Part shown: positions 23,701 to 30,113 of the stretch, piece by piece
Position numbering within the stretch: the stretch's first letter is position 1
How the letters are laid out: each line of letters starts with the position of its first letter
Assembly: GCA_000934665.2 (NCBI GenBank)
Contig: KZ538982.1
Span: 1 to 37,575 of the forward strand
Reading direction: 5' to 3'
DNA: 37,575 bases
Origin: Catajapyx aquilonaris
Taxonomy: Eukaryota
Made by a program: the position numbers and the translations under genes
Notes under the pieces: generated by a model
What the model was told of the DNA's origin: nothing
The model's database searches: none
The model's input: only the letters and a program-made list of their open reading frames with translations

Positions 23701-25794
23701 AGAGCCCTTTTCAGTCTGTGAATTTCTGGACCAAAGACATTGTCAAATAGTCAGCAATGTAATATTGGTTTTTGTAATGTAAAAGGTGTGTTTATGCAAA
23801 TGTGTAATTGTTAAATTGTTTTGCTGATATGAGTGGGGTGTTGTTTTAGTTCATATGTGGGGCTAACTTGTGACTCTCCTTCATTGCTGACTACCCCTTA
23901 TAGGGAAATATCGTGATGGTGGTGTTGTAATGTAAAAGGTGGACATTCATTGACTGAGTTCTATATTCAGCAATAGTCTCATGCTAGAAAATGAGCTTAT
24001 CCTATCTCAACAGACCTGCATCATGACCTTTCCATAAAATAAAGATAAACAAGACAATAAATATGTGAGAAAGTGCCTTTGTCACTGCCATGGATGAACG
24101 TCTGGTATTTGTAAATAATCATGATTCTCATTGCTATTAATCTAAATCTAAATATTTTCTGCAGCATCTTCTATGTGTTCTATGAACAATACCTGACTGT
24201 GTGGATAGATGTGACAACAAGCCTAGGCGTTTCAGTCGCTGCAGTTTTCATTGTGACCTTTATTCTTTTGGGTCTGGAGTTGATCTCATCATTGATCGTT
24301 CTGATAACCATAGTCATGATATTGATCAACTTGATGGGGCTCATGTACTGGTGGAGCATTCAAATCAATGCTGTTTCACTAGTCAATCTAGTCATGGTGA
24401 GTGTTGGATTTTGGCATACTATTTTATCACTATTGCTTTGATACAAGACTTCGCTTTAAATATATGACTTGAATAAAAGACATCATCCATATTACAATTT
24501 GAAAGATAATTTTCTCCACTTCGTAATATTTATATGAAATCTATTCAAAATAGGGAAAAGATTATTGCCAGTTCCTGCATGACATTTAAATGGTGTAACT
24601 TTAGAAGTGAAATTATTATAAAGCTTTGATTAAATTTTAGCAGGCTCCTTGCTGGCTCTGAGGGTCAGTTGCATGATCAAGGGTAAACCCAACCAGTTCA
24701 TCCACGTTGTTTACATAGGATCAATGACTTGTTTTGGGTTTACTGTCCGTCATGCAACTGGCAAGTGTAGTGTTTTCCAAGACCTTTTTTTGCCAGCTCA
24801 GTTGCATTAGTTATGCGAAATAAGTATTATCCAATGATTACTAATATTTTTTTCTCTCCTTCTTCCTGTAGGCAGTTGGTATTTCAGTAGAATTCTGCAG
24901 CCATATAGTCCATTCTTTTGCTGTGTCAGTTGCAGATACAAAAGTTCTGAGAGCCAGAGATGCCCTTATTAACACAGGAAGTTCAGTATGTATTCCTCTT
25001 TATGGTGTTGCAGGAGCTAACATGATTTTTTCACTGGTTCTTCTTTGTAGGTCCTTTCTGGAATAACTTTTACGAAATTTGTGGGCATTCTGATGTTAGC
25101 GTTTGCCAAGTCCCAGATTTTTCAAATATTTTATTTCCGAATGTATTTGGGAATAGTGTTATTTGGAGCTGCCCATGGGCTTATTTTCCTGCCTGTGCTC
25201 CTCAGTTTTATAGGTGAGTATCTACAAGAAGAAGCACGTATATGTACTAAAGGACTGTCCATAAATGTAGCTGGTAAATTAGCTCACTTTCATATCTGTA
25301 AAAAAATATTGTGGGCACTAATTCCTGCTTGCTCATGTAGCCTCACCTTGTGAGGTAAGCCCACTAAATTCCATTTTCATATGATATCATTCCACTCAAA
25401 ACTTGAAGATGAGGTCACAGGGTGAGTGGTAGATAGTGTCTGTGATAAGCTTACCAATTGGGGTGTAAGAGAAGAGGTTCTCTGCACTTTCATGAATAAA
25501 TAACAAGTGACAGGGAGTGGGGAGGGAGGAGGGGTTCTAAAAGTGAAAGGTCAGTGTCACTCTATGGAGAAACTAATGTGTCTTGTGATACACAAGTACC
25601 ACTAATAGTGTCAAGTGCCTACTGACATCTCTCAATATTTTTCTGCAGTCTCTTTGCAGCTGACTACTAATAGTCATGCTCGTTACATTTCAGGCCCTCC
25701 TGTTAATGAATATAGGAGAAGAGAATTGGTTGCAAGGAGGAGTGCTAAAGACCTTGATGATCTCCAAGCAGAGGAGGACACTGAGAAGTCCTAG
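2603..25794 (+). CDS. NPC1: Niemann-Pick C1 intracellular cholesterol transporter (probably NPC1a-type), 5'-partial, 19 coding exons in window
   Basis: Phase-consistent GT-AG exon chain of 3277 nt. Motifs: [30 protein letters not shown], sterol-sensing domain [86 protein letters not shown]. Stop TAG at 25792-25794. The N-terminal part is upstream of the window. Confidence 0.97.
3310..4747. mobile_element. Non-autonomous piggyBac-type element carrying a nested MITE
   Basis: TTAA|ccctattaagacgggc ... gcccatcttattaggg|TTAA (16-bp TIR, TTAA target duplication). Confidence 0.8.
3901..4488. mobile_element. CAGT-ended MITE (pogo/Tigger-like), copy 2
   Basis: cagtaaaccttctataagtcgaa ... ttcgactgagggaagttcgactg|TA; homologous to 163-642. 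Confidence 0.82.
5225..5408 (+). CDS. NPC1: NPC1 exon (Cys/Pro-rich linker and TM1)
   Basis: [22 protein letters not shown]...[14 protein letters not shown]; cag acceptor, gtaagt donor. Confidence 0.92.
5602..6264. mobile_element. Foldback mariner derivative: two inverted copies of the 5' end with the transposase N-terminus
   Basis: Arms ~310 bp, spacer 5927-5953. Both arms encode [20 protein letters not shown](G)[25 protein letters not shown], a mariner N-terminal HTH. Right end ...gactagacctaa|TA. Confidence 0.9.
6325..6492 (+). mobile_element. Degenerate tRNA-SINE fragment
   Basis: ttccatctctgaggtcccaagttagactcccagaatggaca resembles the reverse complement of 23330-23370; ends in (TACAA)3. 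Confidence 0.4.
6736..6852 (+). CDS. NPC1: NPC1 exon
   Basis: [11 protein letters not shown]...[22 protein letters not shown]; phase 1-1. Confidence 0.88.
6915..7132 (+). CDS. NPC1: NPC1 exon (TM2, start of middle luminal domain)
   Basis: CAEHP...[38 protein letters not shown]. Confidence 0.95.
7501..7870. mobile_element. MITE with 26-bp TIRs
   Basis: TA|ctccgactgccataagagtgaacctt ... aaggttcactcttatagtagtcggag. Confidence 0.8.
8270..8704. mobile_element. Third CAGGGTG-ended MITE with ~120-bp TIRs
   Basis: TA|cagggtgt...ttcctaggcaccagagg.tcaacttatgtagaggagtcatta, inverted at 8590-8704 ...acaccctg|TA. Confidence 0.88.
8893..9590. mobile_element. Non-autonomous piggyBac-type element
   Basis: TTAA|ccttttcgttccgg ... 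ccggaacgaaaagg|TAAA (14-bp perfect TIR; right target copy has one mismatch). Confidence 0.7.
9955..10053 (+). CDS. NPC1: NPC1 exon (not in ORF track)
   Basis: tag|[33 protein letters not shown]|gtgagt; 99 nt, phase 0-0. Confidence 0.9.
10509..10684 (+). CDS. NPC1: NPC1 exon
   Basis: [11 protein letters not shown]...[12 protein letters not shown]...YLDHLTTC; a second in-frame acceptor is possible at 10515. Confidence 0.92.
11021..11919 (-). mobile_element. Internally deleted mariner element (899 bp) with transposase pseudogene
   Basis: ~31-bp TIRs with TA flanks. Minus-strand fragments [14 protein letters not shown]...[10 protein letters not shown] fused to MLIIFFD..G.VH.EFLP.GKTVN...WLLHHDNA, then a YSP.LAPCD-like motif. 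Confidence 0.93.
12057..12499. mobile_element. CCGTATTT-ended MITE (pogo/Tc2-like)
   Basis: TA|ccgtatttacgcgcataagaagcacc ... ggtgcgtcttatctgcacgtaaatacgg|TA; internal ~30-bp tandem duplication at 12251-12312. Confidence 0.85.
12679..12903 (+). CDS. NPC1: NPC1 exon
   Basis: [21 protein letters not shown]...[12 protein letters not shown]...ALNWEK; donor gtacgt. Confidence 0.92.
12982..13183 (+). CDS. NPC1: NPC1 exon (start of sterol-sensing domain)
   Basis: [40 protein letters not shown]. Confidence 0.94.
13657..13929 (-). mobile_element. tRNA-derived SINE
   Basis: Minus strand: A box TGGCGCCGCGG (13908-13918), B box GGTTCGATCCC (13865-13875), GC-rich body, A-rich 3' end. Confidence 0.75.
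14789..15086 (+). CDS. NPC1: NPC1 exon (sterol-sensing domain)
   Basis: [14 protein letters not shown]...[29 protein letters not shown]...VGPSMLLTS. Confidence 0.96.
15261..15928. mobile_element. PIF/Harbinger (Tourist)-like MITE
   Basis: TAA|agcctgtttcacaaaaaaaagacg ... cgtctttttttttgtgaaacaggct|TAA; 3-bp TAA target duplication; GC-rich core. Confidence 0.8.
16050..16120 (+). mobile_element. Left end of a CAGTAGAAC-type (Tigger-like) MITE
   Basis: TA|cagtagaaccccctgattatccgtcat...gactggggcat; a related truncated copy lies at ~19393-19430. Confidence 0.6.
16381..16515 (+). pseudogene. C-terminal remnant of a hAT-related transposase
   Basis: Translates [30 protein letters not shown], resembling the S.DVERSFS motif of the hAT C-terminal region; preceded by short gcacctatt repeats. 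Confidence 0.65.
16724..16851 (+). CDS. NPC1: NPC1 exon (end of sterol-sensing domain)
   Basis: [43 protein letters not shown]; this frame differs from the ORF-track call. Confidence 0.95.
17502..17756 (+). CDS. NPC1: NPC1 exon
   Basis: DLCCCI...YAPCLL...[22 protein letters not shown]. Confidence 0.95.
18396..19843. mobile_element. Long-TIR non-autonomous DNA transposon with GAG...CTC ends (tentatively Sola-like)
   Basis: gagtggacatgtacaaggctctaac / gttagagcccttgtgcatgtccactc, plus ~260-bp inverted repeats at 18618-18879 and 19568-19818. Confidence 0.78.
20079..20242 (+). CDS. NPC1: NPC1 exon (not in ORF track)
   Basis: cag|[54 protein letters not shown]|gtaagt. Confidence 0.93.
20418..20527 (+). 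CDS. NPC1: NPC1 exon
   Basis: [34 protein letters not shown]. Confidence 0.93.
20620..20780 (+). CDS. NPC1: NPC1 exon
   Basis: CTDC...[36 protein letters not shown]. Confidence 0.93.
20893..21819 (+). mobile_element. Mariner derivative (927 bp) whose 3' end is an inverted copy of its first ~200 bp
   Basis: TA|cgagggtggttcag... Frameshifted transposase from 21056 ([34 protein letters not shown]...ARWVPRQLT...[17 protein letters not shown]). 21594-21819 is the reverse complement of 20893-21092. Confidence 0.92.
22430..22751. mobile_element. CAG(T)-ended MITE spanning an assembly gap
   Basis: TA|cagagcgcctgcttatttgg ... ccaataaagcggggcgcactg|TA; N-run at 22530-22545 followed by (GA)n. Confidence 0.7.
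22808..23013 (+). CDS. NPC1: NPC1 exon
   Basis: GVRY...[25 protein letters not shown]...VEVFPY. Confidence 0.93.
24165..24396 (+). CDS. NPC1: NPC1 exon
   Basis: [13 protein letters not shown]...[20 protein letters not shown]. Confidence 0.95.
24872..24985 (+). CDS. NPC1: NPC1 exon (not in ORF track)
   Basis: [19 protein letters not shown]...[12 protein letters not shown]. Confidence 0.95.
25051..25213 (+). CDS. NPC1: NPC1 exon (last transmembrane helices)
   Basis: [55 protein letters not shown]. Confidence 0.96.
25694..25794 (+). CDS. NPC1: NPC1 terminal coding exon
   Basis: tttcag|GC CCT CCT...: [39 protein letters not shown] at 25895-25900. Confidence 0.85.
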
Positions 25795-26408
25795 AAAGCC
25801 TTGGGCGGCTGACTGAAATGTATATTTACTTTATGAAATCAGTGGGTATTGAAGGAGTTTAAATGTTACTGGTAAATTTTTTTATTTCATGTAAAATAAA
25901 TACCTGCTACTTTTGCAATAATCAGACCATGCTCAAGGCAAGTGACACGCATTTGATATTAACACTGCATATAATGCTCTTGCTGCCATGCATTTTCAGA
26001 GATATGTCTGTGCAATATTATTGATTATGCTCTTGATTATACTGTTGATGTTGTCACCAAATTTTGCTGTCAAGATGGTATTATGAAAGCATGTTCAAGA
26101 GAGAGCAGGCCAGGTCGCGTTTCCCATCCTGTTTGTTCAGTGTTACGTTATTTCATTCTCTCGACTAAAGATAATTCTGCATATAATTTTAATGTATTTT
26201 TAAGAACATATACCTATACTCACTGTCAGATTTTTATAAGGTCCAATGACATTACCTTTTATTGCTATTGTGTGTAACGTGCTAAGTACTGGCAACAATG
26301 GTTATTCTATTGAACCTTTAAAAACGTCTCAGTTTTGAGTTCAATTATTGAGTTTTGGAATTTATTTTAGTTTTTTATTGAAGTAATCTGCCTAATATGT
26401 TGTAGGTG

Positions 26409-27333
26409 CACTACCGGTCAAAAGTTTAGCATCACCCCCAAGCAGAGGTTTTTTATTTCTCAAGCCTAAACTTACAGTACAAGTTGAAAGTGGGAGGCGC
26501 TGTTGAAAGCGTTGTGAATAAGGCTATAAACCAAAAAAGGAACGGTCATTCTAGGTTCAACACAGGTGCAGATATTACCTATTTTGTTTAAAAAACATTC
26601 TCAAAAACCTACATTTTCAACTATAAATATTAATAAATAAAAGTAATCATCATGAATTCATGCCTTATGATTTTTATTTATGGCAATAAGTACACGCCAA
26701 ACACAAGAAAAATTACCACAAAAATTTAAAAATGGTATCGCTCGAACGGGATTTTTTTTAATTTTTTAATTTGTGGCATTTCTTCTTATATGCACCCAAT
26801 AATTGACGTATCGTCAACAGCGCATAACTTCAGAACTGATACTCCTACAGAAATGAGGTTTGGACCAGCTGATTTGGAAAACCTTGACAAATTGGCTGGT
26901 CCAAACCTCAGTTCTGTAGGAGTATCAGTTCTCATGTTGTGCACTGTTGACGATACATCAATTGTTGGGTGCATTCCGCAAATTTAAATTCCAGTTCCAG
27001 TAATTCTTTTTTTTAAATTCTGGTAACTTTTTTGTGTTTGGAGTTTACTTATTGCCATAAATAAAAATAATAAAGCATGAATTCATGATGATTACCTTTA
27101 TTTATTAATATTTATAGTAGAAAATGTAGGTTTTCGAGATTTTTTAAATAAGCAAAATAGGTAATATCTGCGCCTCTGCTGAACCTAGAATGACCATTCC
27201 TTTTTTGGTTTGTAGCGTTATTCACAACGATTTCAATGGTGCCTCACACTTTCAATTTATACTGTAAGTTTAGACTTGAGAAATTTTTAAAAACCTCTGC
27301 TTGGGGGTGATGCTAAACTTTTGACTGGTAGTG
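26409..27333. mobile_element. Tc1-type foldback element, 925-bp palindrome
   Basis: cactaccggtcaaaagtttagcatcacccccaagcagagg ... cctctgcttgggggtgatgctaaacttttgactggtagtg; arms ~455 bp, loop ~26876-26888; TA flanks not preserved. Confidence 0.9.
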
Positions 27334-28925
27334 GATGTGGATATGTAGATATTTTCGTTATCAAAAAATGTATCTTGACCTATTCGGGGGAAGAGTCCCC
27401 TAGTTCATGAGACATGTGGAGGGATATTTGGGGCATTCAGAAGCAAATTTATGTAACTCTGAAAATGCTTAAGAATTTTATATGTGTTGATTAGGGACAT
27501 TAGGCAGATCTTTTTTCTTTGGATGTGTGGAGGAACTAGAGAATATTTTAATTGACACTTAATTCATGTGCCTGTATTAAAAATTGCATTTTGGCATTAA
27601 TACAACAAACTAGCATGTTAAAACAATGGAGAAATAAATTTATCCGAATTTTTAATGTTGACTTATATTGACTAGATTCACATATGAAATCAGTGTTTCT
27701 TTTGTAACTTACTAGGTATTGAAATAATCATGCAATTTCACAGTAAGCTGTAAAAGTTACATTAATAACAGTGATTTTCTAAACCTAAATTCTGGTTAGG
27801 TTTCTTGTCCTTCTGGTGCTGTTAGGTGTCCGCAAGTAAACATGGATACCCAGAGCCTACTGGGGTAATATGAGTATGCTCATGTTATGTATCTGAAGGA
27901 CAAAAAACCTACCCTTGACTCCCATTAGATTAGAGCAAAGGTAATTTCATGAAATATTTAATCATGATGTCTTAGGGTAATTCTTAGCTAAAAAATCAAT
28001 GTTGAGTGTAAATCATGGACATTTAATGCATTTGTACATGCACCATGATAATGACTGGTTTGTTAAGAAATGTCAGTGCCCTGCACTTTTCTTACACTCA
28101 CATTGACATATAGAGCAACTAAAATGCTGCAAGCAACATTTACACAGGATTAACATGATTGTATGTGTTCTTACAATAAAATGTTGATGACTGATCCTGT
28201 TGTGCCTTGAGGTTCTGTGCAAATCAGAATTTAGCTCAGATCCATATCTAGGGTGAATCAGAAGTCAACATCAATCTCTCACCAGTGTAATTGCATTGCT
28301 CCTAACCACTCATGAAGTAGGTGACATTGAACATCAACCTGCATCTAGATGCCAGCTGGTAGCATCCACCAATACCGGCAGGCAGATGAACCCATGCACA
28401 TATGATAGTTGTGTAGCAGGCAGGATATGAGCATGATAATATTACTGCATAATTATGCATAATGGAATATTTCATTCAGAGTAATTTATCATGGTCAGGA
28501 TCTGCTGCATAGGAAATCACTTTGGGCACTGGTTGATCTGACTACAGATGGCTGCATTGGTGGTTGCTACCTTTGTGTAGGTGTATTGTCATGTTTATTG
28601 TCACGAGCATTGGTAACAGTCCAGGTAATGTTTTGTTCATACATTTTAGGCTTGTATTGGGCAAACAAATACCATGGTAGGAGTTTGACATGGAGTTCCG
28701 ACTCATCCTGTCCAGTAGACAAAAATGCATTTCTTGATGGACCCACAAGAGAGGGGGATTGTGCTTTTAGTTATGCTCAGCTTGTACATGACGGGTACAC
28801 TCAAGCACAGTAGTGTGAACTACTTCATGCAGGAGGGCCTGCTACATTAACAGTGAAATTAATTCACTGGCATATGGTACAGTGCAATGAATGCATGCGA
28901 AGTAAGTTAAGAATTCCCTCTATTC

Positions 28926-29198
28926 GGGGAGGTGTGGTGGCCGTGATGGTAACGTCTCGGCTTGCTGTGTGAAAGGCCCCAGGTTCGATCCCCGCCTGGG
29001 GAACTTTCCTTTTACCTGCGTCAGGAGGGTCTCTGACCTGCACCAAGGAGGTGTCTGGCAACCTAACCTCCTGGGGAACAGCACATGACCCGTTTTCAGA
29101 CGTGCATTTGCACCCATGTTCCCTCCCCGAAAATCCCTATCCTTACCTCTTGTCCTTTCATCCTTGCACCGGTGTTAGAAGAAAATAATAAGAAAATT
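28926..29198 (+). mobile_element. tRNA-derived SINE
   Basis: A box TGGCCGTGATGG, B box GGTTCGATCCC (28982-28992), structured body, A-rich tail. Confidence 0.75.
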
Positions 29199-29763
29199 GA
29201 AGGAAAAATGGTGGTAATCCACCCCCCTATAAGGGCCCATGGCCCTAGCACGGGGTAACTTTTTAAAAAAAAATCCCTCTATTCCAGGTGCAAATACACA
29301 TTTGAAACCTCCCATACTAATGATGGTCAGTAGAGTTATTTTTTTATCACAAATCTCTTCATTATAAAGATGAGGCTTGGTCCAGCTCCAGGTTCTAAAG
29401 TGGACTATCTCAGGAGAGTGCTTATACTGGAGCATTAACAATGAAAATTATTACTTGGAAGGCAACCATGACTGTCTGACACATTACAACAAAGTCCTAC
29501 ACGGGCCAAAAAGTAGTACCTTTTTTTAAAACCCGTAATGGCACAAGTCCCTTTTGCAGCATGATGTCCCAATTGTACGTACTTTGAACATCGTATTAAA
29601 GTAATTTTTCATGGGGTTATTGTAGCTGCAAAGTGCTAGTCAAATCTCCTTCACTAATCGTGATTTCAAATATGACAAATAATAACAATAAAGGGTGGCA
29701 CCTGAGATGGTGGGTGTTGGAGTGCCACATGGTGGCACCCTCTTACTTCAAGTGATGAAGAGA

Positions 29764-30113
29764 CTAGGAAGCAGGTGGGGAGGAAGAAGCCGAGTCCAAC
29801 CTCATGGTCTCAGCCATCCAAGGCACATAATCTACTGTGGAGGTGTAGACCCCGGGAAGCACCCCATCACAAGAAATGCTTCCAAAGGAGAGCACCCCAA
29901 CTGCCACCATCCTCTGTGCCCCTACTGAATCCATGTGAGAGACCATCAAGGGTCCTCCACTGTCCCCACCACAAGAGTCCTTTCCAGGGGCACTGGCACA
30001 AACTTGTGTTGCTTGGATCTCTATGTTCAAAGAAGTGTACTGCTCTCTGCAGCGGGACAGATTTACCAAGGGGATGCGTGCTGACAGAAGGACTGGAGAC
30101 AATCCACTTGATT
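29764..30113 (-). CDS. CLIP protease exon 7 (catalytic Ser)
   Basis: QVCA...GKDSCGGDSGGPLM...GVLSFG...PGVYT...YVPWM*. Confidence 0.95.

Noticed and set aside
23381..23782. 133-aa intronic ORF
   Set aside because: TTG start, no recognisable motif, and not needed for NPC1 exon continuity.
26786..26987. Twin 62/65-aa ORFs on opposite strands
   Set aside because: Mirror images within the 925-bp foldback element.
28581..28624. Apparent micro-exon (tag|...cag|gtaatg) before 28650
   Set aside because: The following intron would be only 25 nt, too short for normal splicing.
28926..29000. tRNA gene (also 13860-13929 and 900-970)
   Set aside because: A and B boxes are present, but there is no convincing cloverleaf and each continues into a SINE body and tail.
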